Source: Promethearchaeota archaeon (lineage in GTDB: Archaea; Asgardarchaeota; Lokiarchaeia; Sigyniarchaeales; SOKP01). Taken from it: a stretch of DNA of 64,000 nucleotides. A program made the position numbers and the translations under genes. Shown here piece after piece: positions 1 through 10,999 of the stretch. Where the stretch lies: NCBI GenBank assembly GCA_016839765.1, contig JAEOTP010000015.1, positions 64,001 through 128,000 of the forward strand, read 5' to 3'. A model generated the notes under the pieces. The model did not search any database and was not told where the DNA came from. It worked only from the letters and a program-made list of their open reading frames with translations. The stretch's first letter is position 1. Each line of letters starts with the position of its first letter.

Positions 1-1
1 A

Positions 2-310
2 AAAAAACCAGAAATAGTCGCAGAAACTATGCGAATTTATGAAAAAAGGCGAGATGTATTAGTTAATGGTTTAAATAAAATGGGGTGGAAAACTGAGAAA
101 CCAAAAGCAACTTTTTATATCTGGACTCAAATTCCCGAGGGGGAAGAAAATAGTATGGAATTCACTAAAAAACTAATAAATGTGGGCGTTATTATCACAC
201 CTGGTATTGGATTTGGAAGATATGGAGAGAGATTTGTTAGATTTGCATTAACAAAATCTGTCGAAAGAATAAATGAAGCTTTAGAAAGGATTGAAAAAAT
301 AATTAATTAA
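2..310 (+). CDS. PLP-dependent class I/II aminotransferase, C-terminal part (truncated by window start; LL-DAP aminotransferase-like)
   Basis: Frame is open from position 2. Shows PKATFYIW, VIITPGIGFG..GE.FVRFAL and RI.EALERI, typical of the class I/II aminotransferase C-terminus. Confidence 0.85.
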   Translation, partial: KKPEIVAETMRIYEKRRDVLVNGLNKMGWKTEKPKATFYIWTQIPEGEENSMEFTKKLINVGVIITPGIGFGRYGERFVRFALTKSVERINEALERIEKIIN

Positions 311-332
311 AAAAGAAAGATTATATAATTAC

Positions 333-557
333 CTATTTTGAATTTTTTCCATATTTACGCCAAAGATACCCCATCTTTCTCTGATCTTCGCTTTCTATTT
401 TGCCTTGCGGAGAATTAGAGTAATCTAAAACCATTATAACAGGGGCTTTATCTGAATCCCAATCTTTATAATAATCTAATATCATTTCAGGATCTAGGTT
501 CTCTGCTAATTTTTTTTTCGTTTTTTTCCACCTCTTTTTTATTAATTGAGTTATCAC
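333..557 (-). CDS. Small hypothetical protein (GTG start; alternative ATG at 485)
   Basis: 74-aa ORF of protein-like composition (LDYYKDWDSDKAPVIMVLDY), convergent with the aminotransferase and downstream of a structured leader. Confidence 0.45.
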   Translation of the reverse strand: MITQLIKKRWKKTKKKLAENLDPEMILDYYKDWDSDKAPVIMVLDYSNSPQGKIESEDQRKMGYLWRKYGKNSK

Positions 558-559
558 GC

Positions 560-800
560 AGAGGAATCAATCCTTAACCTACCATTTTCTTAAAATTTCA
601 TGGAATATTATGTTGAGAGAACAAATCCCTAAAAGTTAAAAGAAAAGGGTAAGAAGAAGGATTTATTCTCTCTTCATAATACTACAACTGGGATAAAAGC
701 TCTCTTATAGCCTTCCCGTGGTAATGTAGTATTATGATGTGAAAATACCATTTTTAGTATGATAGATTGTTATTAAAAATAACAGGCGTAAACTTATAAA
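560..800 (-). promoter_or_regulatory. Putative structured 5' leader with two mutually exclusive hairpins
   Basis: Perfect 13-bp inverted repeat 674-686/725-737 overlaps a second interrupted stem (606-628/659-681). TATA-like TTTATAAG on the minus strand at 800-793. Confidence 0.45.
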
Positions 801-916
801 TTTACCCATTTCATTCCCATTTGTCAAGATATTAGGGCTCATAGTTTCTCTATTTTTGTCAAAACAATTATAAAGTAATTCTTTAAGGTAGTTATTATTT
901 AAAATCATGATAATTT

Positions 917-2236
917 ATGAAGAAAAAAATAGTTCTAATAGGAGCTGGTTCAACTTCTTTTGGGCCTTCAATGTTTACCGATTTATATTTAAGCAAAATT
1001 TTAGATGGTTCTACAATAATACTCCATGATATTGATAAAGAAAAATTAGAAATCATATATGAATTACTTACGATTGAAAATGAAGTGAGGAATAATAAAT
1101 TCATAATTGAACGTACAAAGAATAGAAGAAAAGCTTTAAAGGATGCAGATTTCATAATTAATTCTATTGAAGTTGGTAATCGAATAGAACTTTGGAGGCA
1201 AGATTATAAAATACCTAGAAATTATGGCTCTACACAAGTTTTAGGAGAGAATGGGGGTCCAGGGGGCATGTTTCACTCATTTAGAGTAATTCCTCCAATT
1301 ATTGAGATTGTAAAGGATGTAGAAAAAATCTGTCCAAATGCATTTTTCATTAATTTTTCTAATCCAATGTCCAGAGTATGTTTAGCTATTAAAAGGAGTA
1401 CTAATCTCAATTTTATAGGACTTTGTCACGAAATCCATTCTCTTGAACATCATATTCCACTCATATTTAATAATAAGCTTGGAGATATTAGAATGATTGT
1501 TGCAGGATTAAATCATTTTGGTTTCTTATTATCTCTTGAAGACTTAAATTCTGGTAAGAATTTATTGCCAAAATTTAATGCTAAAGCTATGGATTACTTT
1601 AAAAACCATGAAGATCGATTTGAATTTTCAGAGCTAACATTTAAAGTATTTGAAAAATTTGGATATTTTCCCCACGCAGGTGATAATCATATGGGTGAAT
1701 ATCTCCAATTTGCTGAAGAATTTACAAAAAAACAAGATATGATTGATTGGATTGACCGAACTGATGATGAAAATCAGGGTATTTATCAGCGAGTATTGAG
1801 ATATTACAAGCGACTTATAAAAGGAAGATATCCGAAAAAAGGGATGCTATCTCGAAGCCCATCTGGAGAAAGAGCTATACCCATAATAGAAGCTTTATTA
1901 ACGGATGCAAATTCTTATGAAAATTCAGTTAATATTCCAAATGACGCCCTTATTGAAAATTTGCCGCGAGACTTAGTTATTGAAGTACCTGTACGGGTTG
2001 ACAAAAATGGAGTTCATGGTATTAAAATAGGTTCAATGCCAAGAAATATTGCGGCATTATTGCGCATAGAGGCTACGATTCAAGATCTATGTGTTGAAGC
2101 TATATTGCAAAAATCACGAGATTTAGCAATTACCGCCTTAGCGCTAGATCCTAATGTAGGTAGTTTCAAAAGAGCAGAAAAAATTTTTGAAGAAATGACA
2201 GAGCTTCAAAAAGATTACTTACCTACTTTCAAATGA
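917..2236 (+). CDS. Glycoside hydrolase family 4 (NAD+/Mn-dependent alpha-galactosidase/glucosidase, MelA-like)
   Basis: KIVLIGAGS Rossmann motif, GENGGPGG, NFSNPM, GLCH and AGLNHF GH4 signatures. Confidence 0.92.
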   Translation: MKKKIVLIGAGSTSFGPSMFTDLYLSKILDGSTIILHDIDKEKLEIIYELLTIENEVRNNKFIIERTKNRRKALKDADFIINSIEVGNRIELWRQDYKIPRNYGSTQVLGENGGPGGMFHSFRVIPPIIEIVKDVEKICPNAFFINFSNPMSRVCLAIKRSTNLNFIGLCHEIHSLEHHIPLIFNNKLGDIRMIVAGLNHFGFLLSLEDLNSGKNLLPKFNAKAMDYFKNHEDRFEFSELTFKVFEKFGYFPHAGDNHMGEYLQFAEEFTKKQDMIDWIDRTDDENQGIYQRVLRYYKRLIKGRYPKKGMLSRSPSGERAIPIIEALLTDANSYENSVNIPNDALIENLPRDLVIEVPVRVDKNGVHGIKIGSMPRNIAALLRIEATIQDLCVEAILQKSRDLAITALALDPNVGSFKRAEKIFEEMTELQKDYLPTFK

Positions 2237-2447
2237 ATGACTAAAATTCATATTTCTATTTTTTCAAAATAGAAATTTTATTAAAACGATTATAGGGAAT
2301 TTAGGAAAAATAGTAGTAAATTATATATTTTAGTTGTAAAAATGTATGAATTACTAGCAAAATTGTATGAAATATTTATAAGACAAATTTATATTAATAT
2401 ATACTTAAAGGTATTAATATATTAAGTGATTTGACTTTTATTAGCTC

Positions 2448-5400
2448 ATGGAATCCAAAAATATTAAAAAATCTAGTGAAAGAATTGAAAAAGCTACCAC
2501 ATTTCTCACAAGGTTGTGGTGGTTTTTTCTTTTTCTAATCGGGATTCCTTTAGTAATTGCTACTGTTAGCTATTTTATTATCCAATATATCATAAAAGAT
2601 GTTTATTTTTCTATAGGGCTTGCTGTAATTGTATATATGTTTTCAATTTTCTTTTTCTATAAAAGTTTTGACCAATATCGAAAAAAACCTCTTTTTATTA
2701 ACAATCAAAACAACCTTTCTGCCAGAATTCACATACTTTTTATAGTTAGCATCCTATCTTTAGTGGTTACCCCTATTTTCATTTTGGTTGCACCGCAGGG
2801 ATACTATTTTGAATTATTTCCTTTAATTTCGTTCTGCCTTTTATATAACATTATTTATTACTATTATTACTTTCAACCTGTAGAATATTTTGATGTATCT
2901 GAATCAAGATTCAAGCGTAAACTTAGTTTCAAATCAACTTTAAAACAATTTCATAATATAGTGATTTTGATAAATTTCATTATCCATGTATTTTTTTTGA
3001 TTTATACTTATTATACTAAGTTATTATGGCTAATATTGGTAACTTTAGTTACCAATATATTTTTTTATATCTTTACCCTACTATCTACAATTAAGCTAAA
3101 GAAAAAGATAAGGGATGCTATCGAGAAAGGAGTACTATTTCAAGAATATATAATCAAATTTAAGCAAAAATTTTCTGTATCAATTATCAGTCTTTCTTTT
3201 TTATTATTAATACAATTACCATTTGATATCCTTCTTTTTAATACTTTATCTGGTGTTGTTTATACCAATTTAGATTATATATTATTTGCGTTTGGAGCTA
3301 TAATTTTCATTTTCTTATATTTAAAACTAAGGATTTATATTTCAATACATTACAAAAGAAATCTATTGATATTAAATGGGAATAAATTAAATAATTCAAA
3401 TCAAGAACCTTCAGATTTCTTAATTAAATATCAGAAATGGAACATGATATTATCAATATTTTTCATTGTCTTTACCTCTTTATTTTCTTTAGGAATTAAT
3501 TTCCCAATTATAATTGTAATCAGCATTCCAGTAATCATTATTTCTACTTATTTTGAGCAAAAAGCAAATTATTGCCCAAAGAAATATAGTCGATATGTAT
3601 ATCTTTTAAGTAGTGTAATATTATTGGGATTTGGTATTTTTTGGATTTTACCCTCCTTTTTCGATACTCTGAGTTTAGAGATTCAATTAATTATATTTCT
3701 TGTGAGTTTCTATTTGGATTTACAAATTTTTATTCAATATGACTATTTTGATAGGAATAAAATTATATTTATACAACACCTATTAGCTTTTACTTGTTTC
3801 TTAGTAATTACTTACTCATTTTATCCAATTATTTCATCAATTTATTTTGATTTTCTTATTGAACCCTTATTGATTAATATCGTCAATATCCTTTTCTATG
3901 CATTATTATCTCTCTTAGCATTATTAGGAACATTCTATTATTTATATTTTCGATATTTTAGGAAAAACCAATGGAAGAGTTTCAATCTAATTTTAAATAT
4001 CACTATAATCTCTATTGAAATCCTTTTATTTGCTCTTATAAGTTTGAAGATTTTCATTTCTATGGATGTGATTGCATTTATTAACTATGTTTTAGTTTTT
4101 ACTATTCTTTTACCATTAATTTTTGATTTATTTATCGGATTTAACTATATTCTTGGAATAAATACTGCTAAAAAAAGCTTCAAACAATTATATTCTTCTA
4201 GTTGGATTTTAGTTTTAATGATTTTTACTTTTATTTTTTACTTTACTTTTAATAATTTTATATTCCTAATTGCTGATTTATTATATCTCTCTGCTCTTTC
4301 TCAGATTTTATTAAAATTTGGAGAAGAAATTGACCAAATTTCTCACGAAACTTTTAGTAAGGTTATGAAATTTAATTCCGTTTTTATTATTATAGAGATT
4401 TCTTGCTTAATTTTTTCAATATCGTATATAAATTTCGCTTTTATCGGAATTATCAATAATATTTTACTCTCTTGCTATATTACATTGATTTTTAATGCAT
4501 TTTTGTGTAATATTCTAAAAGAAAAACTGTTTTCAAAATCAATAGTAGTATTAATTAATGAAATTTGTTTATTATTTACTACAGGACTCACTTTTTATTA
4601 TCTATATCAATATACTTTCGGATCTTATTATATTTATGTTCTACCAATCCTGTTTTCCAGCCTTTTCTTTTTCCTCCCAATATATTATACCAAATCCTTA
4701 AAAAAGTATCCAAATTTGATAAAAAATATTACCACCGTAGCCAGTATAGTATTTTCTATTTCTTTATCCCTCATACCCACAATCTTGAGCTTGGAATTTG
4801 TAAGATTAGGTAAATATGTTGATTTAATTACCATTTTCAATTTAACAGCTTTCATTATTTATGGAATTTTACTTTTTATTATAGCTTTCTCGCGCAAGCT
4901 GAAAATTAGGGAAAAAAGAATAAAATTAGTATTAATAATACAGATATTAATCGAATTTATTTTGGCAGTAACAGCAGTATTTTATTACGTGAGTATTGCT
5001 TTAAAGGGTACCCTTTTTGAGTATTCAGTTCCTTTAGTAGCCACCTCAGCATTTCTTTTTATTCCTTTTATATTCTTATATAAAAAGCAATTTATTGGTA
5101 TCAAAATAAATAAATTGCTTCTTTTTTCTAATTTTATTTTTCTCTGGGGTAGTATAATATCAATTCCATCCATTTATAGTATAGAATTTTTCAGATTGGG
5201 TAATTATTTGGAATTTTACTATATGTTAATAATAATTATCGTATTATTCTATGGATTTTTGAAATTTTTATATCCTTTATCTAAATACATCGAAATTAAA
5301 GATAAATTTAATTATATAATATACACATTACAAATTTTCACTTGGTTTATTATTACTATTGCTATTTCTTTAATTATTCCTTTTAACTTTTTAATCCAAT

Positions 5401-8400
5401 CGCTTAATTGGTTAAATACTTTAGTAGTATGCAGTACATTTTTATTATTTTTTGGATTAAATATTATTAATCTCCCTCAGATAGAAAATTTCAAACAGAT
5501 AGTTTTTGAAAATAAAAAAAGCAAGTTAGATTTTTATAAAATTTATAAAATTTATGAATATTACAAAAATATAATATATTTTGGGTTAATTTTCTCAGTT
5601 TCTTCCTTAATATATTCATTAATTCAATCTTTGAATTTACCCTACCTAATTTTTCAGTCTAGCAATAGTTTGATGACAATTTCTTTTGATTTAGGTATTT
5701 TTTCAGGTATTTCTCTAATTATATTTCATCTGAGTAATTTACTTATTGAAATTGAATTTAGGAAAACAAAAGAAATAATTGAAACACTTTTATGGTTAGC
5801 TATAAAATTCAATCTACTATTAATTATATCATTATTCCCTTTTCAGATCTCAATTATTAATAGGATTTTTTTAATAATTTTAATATTTACCGTATTAAGT
5901 CCAATTACGATTAAATTTTTTAGAAATCACTTTATCATTTTAGAAGAAACTTATTTAAACACTAAAAAAATTATAGGAATCTTATTTTTTATTTCATTAT
6001 TAGGTTTTTTTCTTGATTTTTTGTGGAATATTTATATAAGTGTACCATATTTTTGGAGTAATACTTATGTTTTACTTTCTCTAATCATTAGTATAGCTTT
6101 ATTATTTTCTAACTATTATTTTTCAGTTTTTAATGATTATATCGAGAAAAAATCTGAGCTTAATATTTATGGACTCTACTTTCAATCTTTTCTAATTTTT
6201 ATAATTTTATTATTCATGAATATAGGCCCCTCTTTAGTTCTTTTAGTGATCATTTTTATAATCCTCTATCGGAAAAGGATTAGGAATATATACTTACGTT
6301 TAGTCAACTACCTGGTAGGTAGCTATGTGTGTTTGATAGTAGTGAATATATTTATAATTAGTTTCGATCTACTATCTACATTTATATATATTCATCCTGG
6401 ATTTTATGTATGTGTTTATATATTATCATTTATTTTAATATTATTCATATCAATTATTCTAAATATCAAGAAGATCAATGTTTTAGAAGAATATTTATTA
6501 GATTTATTAATTCCTAGTTTAATTTTTACGTCAATATTAATTTTTAATCTCATTCCTCTTTTTTATAATATAACAGTTTCTGTTGCAATTCTCTTACTTT
6601 TATTAAGTATCTTCTTTTATCGTCAAGAAGATAAAAGGTATATATGGTTTATTCGCCCTTGTGCCTTATTATTTTTATTTGACCTAATAAGTATTAGCTC
6701 TTATTTCATAATATTTAGCTTACCTCTTTATTATGAATACAATCTGATTCTAAGCTCTACACTTACCTTTAGCATAATAGGTTTTTGTTTTGCCTTGTTT
6801 TTTCATGATTTACGAGGTAAACTAAAAAGGAGATTAATTTCCATTATTCTTATATTAAGTGTAGCTAGTTCTTTCACATTTTCTTATCTTCTCTTAAAAA
6901 TTTCGTTCTCTCTCACTCTATCTGATATTTATCCATGGATTATTGCTGGAAATATTGCTATTATTCTTTCATATATTGCCATTGGAATTTATCAATGGAA
7001 AATATCATGGGCAATTTGGAAAGCAGGCTATTGGATTTGGATATTTACCCCTATAATTAATTATTTAATAATTGCTGAATCTTTTACTGAAATTAATATC
7101 TATACCAATGCTCTGAATTTTTTTGGGATACCTATTTATGGCTCACATTTGATTGCTTTTGTTATTTGTTTATTAATATCTTTACCTTTCTGGTATACTT
7201 GGATAAAAGAACATTTTAACCAAGTCTTATTTATCATTTGGGGATTAAGTTTATTTTTGATCTATTGGTTTAGTCAAAATGCATTTTTTGGATCTACCTT
7301 TTTAATTAATTTATCATTTGTAGGAATATCTATAATCTTTTTAATGCCTATTTTTTATAGGTTAAGACTCTGGAAAATACTTTCGATTTTGTGGCTAGCT
7401 TTTACTAGTATTTTAACAATTTTCGTTTCCTATCTATTTTTAGAAACTAAATTGGGATTAGACATGATCATATCAATGGATTTAATTCTAATCGGATTTC
7501 TATTTATAATTTTCTCTTTCTTTCCAAATATAAGGGCATTAAAAAATATTGTACTAATTATCGCTTATTCTATCGCAATAACTGGTATCTTTCTAACAAT
7601 ATTGAATTTAATTTTTTCAATTACTTACAACCTGCCTGTGTCAATCAATATGTCTTTCATTATAATAGCATTTAGTCTATTTACTTCTCGAATATTGAAA
7701 TTAAATCGAAAATTATTCAATTTTTTAATTTCTACAATTTTAACTATTAACTTTTCACTTTTAACATTCTTTACTTTTAGTTTAATTCCAAATTTTGAGC
7801 TATTCGCTCTATTTTTCGCTATAAGCGTTTGTGGAGGCTCCCTTCTAATATTTAATCGCTATAGGATGATTTCCCCTATTAAAAAGATTATACCATTAAT
7901 GATTCTTTCTACTGGTGTTGCATTAACATTGTCTTCCTTAATTTATATTTTTATACCGAATTCCTTTTTTATTGTATCTGCCACATTTATTGCTGTAATT
8001 CTATTATTAAATTACCCTACTTTAGAGTATATTCGCCATATATTATTGTATTTAGTTCCAATACCTTTCTGTTTGGTTATTTTACACTTTTTGTCATTAA
8101 TAGGACTATTTCAACCATTATTAAATTTAATTTTAATTGGATTGATTTTATATACCTCAATTTTTCAAATTTTTACTTATTTGAAATATGGTACGGTTAA
8201 GATAGTTAATCTTTTGTCTTTTATATTGAATTCAACCTATCTTTCATTATTAATTACAATTCTTAGTCCTGTTACGATTTTATATCAAATTCTCGAATTT
8301 TGTATAATTTGGTCAATTTTAATAATATTTTGTATTAACTATCTTGAAAGGGCAGGTCAGGAACTTGTTAAAGAAAAAACTATTTCGACTTTTTTAAGAA

Positions 8401-10964
8401 TTAGTAGCTTAATCACAGTATTGCTTTATTTTGAAATAGCTGTTCTAATTTTTGTGGTATTAAATGAGTTCTTGGTATTAGAAATTACGATAAATATTGT
8501 AGCATTCTTTGGAACTTTATTTCTATTATCATTTCTAGATATTATTTTATTGAAAAGAGTGAATAAGAAAATAATTTACCCAATTAACATTCTCAGCTAC
8601 TTATTTATTTCAATTAGCTTTTTTATCTTTTTCAATCAATTTTTAGCTATAAATGTGCAATTAATCTTCTTAAATCTAATAATATTATTCACACTGCAGT
8701 TCTATACCGTTTATATTATTTTTGCTTTCTTAAAACAATATGAGAGTTTTGATAAGGATAAATTAAGTACTTATCGCAAAATTATTCAAACAATTCAAGT
8801 AAATATTATATTTTTCATTATGGGTTTATTTGGATCCTCTTATTTCACAACACTTATCTTAGATAGTGAACCGATTCTTAGTGGGCTGCCTTCAATTTTC
8901 CTATTCTTAATGATATTTACTTTCATACTTTTTACTCTTAATCATATAGTTAGGAATAAATTTAGGCAACACATTTTATTTGGATACTATATCATATTTT
9001 TCATTAATTTCGCATTCTTTTGGGTCTCTTTTATAATTATTTTTAATCTGATTAACACGCTTTCCATTAGTCTATTATTATTTACTATTACAATATTAAT
9101 TTCTTATCTTGTTTATTCAGTTGGTAATATTTACAAGGAAAAAGTAAAAATAGGGCAAATTAATAAAATATATTCATTAATCATCTTCTTTCTTTACTTA
9201 GAGATTTCAATAATCCTCTTTGGATTATCTTATATATATCTTAATATATTTGAAAGCATTCTTATTTCACAAATAGCCTTATTTTTGATTTCCATAATGG
9301 AAAGGTATATAATACGAAAAGTTAAAACTACTATAGTTTTTATCCTCCATACAATAAGTTATTTTAATATTAGCTGGTCTCTCTTTGTTGTTATATTTCA
9401 ATTTACTCAAAATATTTTTGATTTAAATCTAATTTTCTTTATTCTTATGCAGTTTTATACAAATAATTCGTATTTTATTACTAGATCTAAATTTAATTTA
9501 TCTAAAGAACCTGATTTTAAGAAGTGGAAGCTAATTAGACAGAAAGTAATTGGATCTTGTTTTTATTTAACTTTATTATTATATATTCTAAATTATTTAA
9601 TACTCGTTATTACCGAAATTCAATTAATTATTTTAATTTTAGGCGTAATAATTCATGGATTAATGTATATTGATAAGTTTATCTTTAAATTCTTAGCTGA
9701 ACTTTCAAAGTATGTAATAATTTTCTCAATTTTCTTGATATTAGGCACCTCATTTTTATATTCTTTAGGTTGGGTTTTTATTTTTTCATTTCAAATAATC
9801 CCCTTAATAATTCTTTTAGTTTTACTCGAAATAACATATCTCATAAAATTATTTGAATTATGGGACGTTAAAAAAGTCAACTTTTCTAAAATTAGAAATC
9901 CCTTGATAAATTTGTACTATATGAACTTTTTAATATGGCCGTTTTTTTATTTAGGCTTCGAAATTTTTAATATCTTAGCTATAATGTTGATCTTTTCAAT
10001 TATCTTGATATTTTTATCTGTAATAGATATACGTATCAATACAATTAATCAAAAATTAAGAATAACAATATTAAAGACTGGTTATATTATGTTTGTCTCA
10101 TTATTATCTTTAGAAATATTTTTCTTTCTGGAATTTGTAATTCAACCAAATCTTCTATTCAATTTTTCAGTATCAGGATTATTTTTCCTCATTACAATTG
10201 GATTCATAATAAAGCCATTCAAAAGACATAGAGCTCTTTCATTCTTTTATTGGTTATCTATTTTTTCACTGATAAGTCTAATAATATATTTTGCTTATTT
10301 AAGTGGTTGGAGTTTCACAGTATTGCTAGTGGGCATTGTATTATATCCTTTCATATTTATGCTTGAAGAATTAAAAGAATTATTTAACCATTTGTTAGAA
10401 TACCTTCATAAGTTTATTTTAAAGATTAAACGCATTATATCTTTTGTTTATAGAAAATTTATTAATTTCCTTAAAAATAACTTTAGAATAATCCAGATAA
10501 TACTCTCTATATTTATTGGAGCAATAACAGGTATAACTTTCTCAGATATGGTATTAAACATCTTAGATCTATATCATGCAACACTGCTATCTCTTGCTAC
10601 CTTTGGAATTGCTTATGCTATTACAGATTACGTCTGGTATCATACGTACGTTAAAAAATTAGGTGATATTAAACAGATATTTAGGCAAAAATTAAAAATC
10701 TTTATTATAATATGGATAAGTTTTTCCAGCTTTATTTTTGCTTTAATATTACCTATAATAGAATCTATTCTGTATCAAATTTTCCTTATTTTAATACCAT
10801 TTTGGGGATTAGGTGCGATATTAATCTGGGTCGTAAATAGAAAAGAAGCTAAAGAAAAAATTTCAGTTAAAGTGAGATTTTTTATTACCTTATCTACAAT
10901 AATCTTATTTATTGTGTGGATAGGTATTATATTGCTTTGGTACTTTACTGAGGTTCAAACTTAA
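2448..10964 (+). CDS. Giant polytopic membrane protein of unknown function (2838 aa)
   Basis: Uninterrupted 8.5-kb ORF made almost entirely of hydrophobic I/L/F/Y segments separated by short K/R-rich loops; internal repeat visible. Confidence 0.88.
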   Translation: MESKNIKKSSERIEKATTFLTRLWWFFLFLIGIPLVIATVSYFIIQYIIKDVYFSIGLAVIVYMFSIFFFYKSFDQYRKKPLFINNQNNLSARIHILFIVSILSLVVTPIFILVAPQGYYFELFPLISFCLLYNIIYYYYYFQPVEYFDVSESRFKRKLSFKSTLKQFHNIVILINFIIHVFFLIYTYYTKLLWLILVTLVTNIFFYIFTLLSTIKLKKKIRDAIEKGVLFQEYIIKFKQKFSVSIISLSFLLLIQLPFDILLFNTLSGVVYTNLDYILFAFGAIIFIFLYLKLRIYISIHYKRNLLILNGNKLNNSNQEPSDFLIKYQKWNMILSIFFIVFTSLFSLGINFPIIIVISIPVIIISTYFEQKANYCPKKYSRYVYLLSSVILLGFGIFWILPSFFDTLSLEIQLIIFLVSFYLDLQIFIQYDYFDRNKIIFIQHLLAFTCFLVITYSFYPIISSIYFDFLIEPLLINIVNILFYALLSLLALLGTFYYLYFRYFRKNQWKSFNLILNITIISIEILLFALISLKIFISMDVIAFINYVLVFTILLPLIFDLFIGFNYILGINTAKKSFKQLYSSSWILVLMIFTFIFYFTFNNFIFLIADLLYLSALSQILLKFGEEIDQISHETFSKVMKFNSVFIIIEISCLIFSISYINFAFIGIINNILLSCYITLIFNAFLCNILKEKLFSKSIVVLINEICLLFTTGLTFYYLYQYTFGSYYIYVLPILFSSLFFFLPIYYTKSLKKYPNLIKNITTVASIVFSISLSLIPTILSLEFVRLGKYVDLITIFNLTAFIIYGILLFIIAFSRKLKIREKRIKLVLIIQILIEFILAVTAVFYYVSIALKGTLFEYSVPLVATSAFLFIPFIFLYKKQFIGIKINKLLLFSNFIFLWGSIISIPSIYSIEFFRLGNYLEFYYMLIIIIVLFYGFLKFLYPLSKYIEIKDKFNYIIYTLQIFTWFIITIAISLIIPFNFLIQSLNWLNTLVVCSTFLLFFGLNIINLPQIENFKQIVFENKKSKLDFYKIYKIYEYYKNIIYFGLIFSVSSLIYSLIQSLNLPYLIFQSSNSLMTISFDLGIFSGISLIIFHLSNLLIEIEFRKTKEIIETLLWLAIKFNLLLIISLFPFQISIINRIFLIILIFTVLSPITIKFFRNHFIILEETYLNTKKIIGILFFISLLGFFLDFLWNIYISVPYFWSNTYVLLSLIISIALLFSNYYFSVFNDYIEKKSELNIYGLYFQSFLIFIILLFMNIGPSLVLLVIIFIILYRKRIRNIYLRLVNYLVGSYVCLIVVNIFIISFDLLSTFIYIHPGFYVCVYILSFILILFISIILNIKKINVLEEYLLDLLIPSLIFTSILIFNLIPLFYNITVSVAILLLLLSIFFYRQEDKRYIWFIRPCALLFLFDLISISSYFIIFSLPLYYEYNLILSSTLTFSIIGFCFALFFHDLRGKLKRRLISIILILSVASSFTFSYLLLKISFSLTLSDIYPWIIAGNIAIILSYIAIGIYQWKISWAIWKAGYWIWIFTPIINYLIIAESFTEINIYTNALNFFGIPIYGSHLIAFVICLLISLPFWYTWIKEHFNQVLFIIWGLSLFLIYWFSQNAFFGSTFLINLSFVGISIIFLMPIFYRLRLWKILSILWLAFTSILTIFVSYLFLETKLGLDMIISMDLILIGFLFIIFSFFPNIRALKNIVLIIAYSIAITGIFLTILNLIFSITYNLPVSINMSFIIIAFSLFTSRILKLNRKLFNFLISTILTINFSLLTFFTFSLIPNFELFALFFAISVCGGSLLIFNRYRMISPIKKIIPLMILSTGVALTLSSLIYIFIPNSFFIVSATFIAVILLLNYPTLEYIRHILLYLVPIPFCLVILHFLSLIGLFQPLLNLILIGLILYTSIFQIFTYLKYGTVKIVNLLSFILNSTYLSLLITILSPVTILYQILEFCIIWSILIIFCINYLERAGQELVKEKTISTFLRISSLITVLLYFEIAVLIFVVLNEFLVLEITINIVAFFGTLFLLSFLDIILLKRVNKKIIYPINILSYLFISISFFIFFNQFLAINVQLIFLNLIILFTLQFYTVYIIFAFLKQYESFDKDKLSTYRKIIQTIQVNIIFFIMGLFGSSYFTTLILDSEPILSGLPSIFLFLMIFTFILFTLNHIVRNKFRQHILFGYYIIFFINFAFFWVSFIIIFNLINTLSISLLLFTITILISYLVYSVGNIYKEKVKIGQINKIYSLIIFFLYLEISIILFGLSYIYLNIFESILISQIALFLISIMERYIIRKVKTTIVFILHTISYFNISWSLFVVIFQFTQNIFDLNLIFFILMQFYTNNSYFITRSKFNLSKEPDFKKWKLIRQKVIGSCFYLTLLLYILNYLILVITEIQLIILILGVIIHGLMYIDKFIFKFLAELSKYVIIFSIFLILGTSFLYSLGWVFIFSFQIIPLIILLVLLEITYLIKLFELWDVKKVNFSKIRNPLINLYYMNFLIWPFFYLGFEIFNILAIMLIFSIILIFLSVIDIRINTINQKLRITILKTGYIMFVSLLSLEIFFFLEFVIQPNLLFNFSVSGLFFLITIGFIIKPFKRHRALSFFYWLSIFSLISLIIYFAYLSGWSFTVLLVGIVLYPFIFMLEELKELFNHLLEYLHKFILKIKRIISFVYRKFINFLKNNFRIIQIILSIFIGAITGITFSDMVLNILDLYHATLLSLATFGIAYAITDYVWYHTYVKKLGDIKQIFRQKLKIFIIIWISFSSFIFALILPIIESILYQIFLILIPFWGLGAILIWVVNRKEAKEKISVKVRFFITLSTIILFIVWIGIILLWYFTEVQT

Positions 10965-10999
10965 GAAGGTTTTTGTATAAAAAATTAAAAATAATGAAA

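Noticed and set aside
718-727. GTGGTAATGT shared between the 560-800 leader and the 14.3-14.7 kb RNA (14397-14406)
   Set aside because: A single 10-mer match without flanking similarity can arise by chance; not enough to claim homology or interaction.
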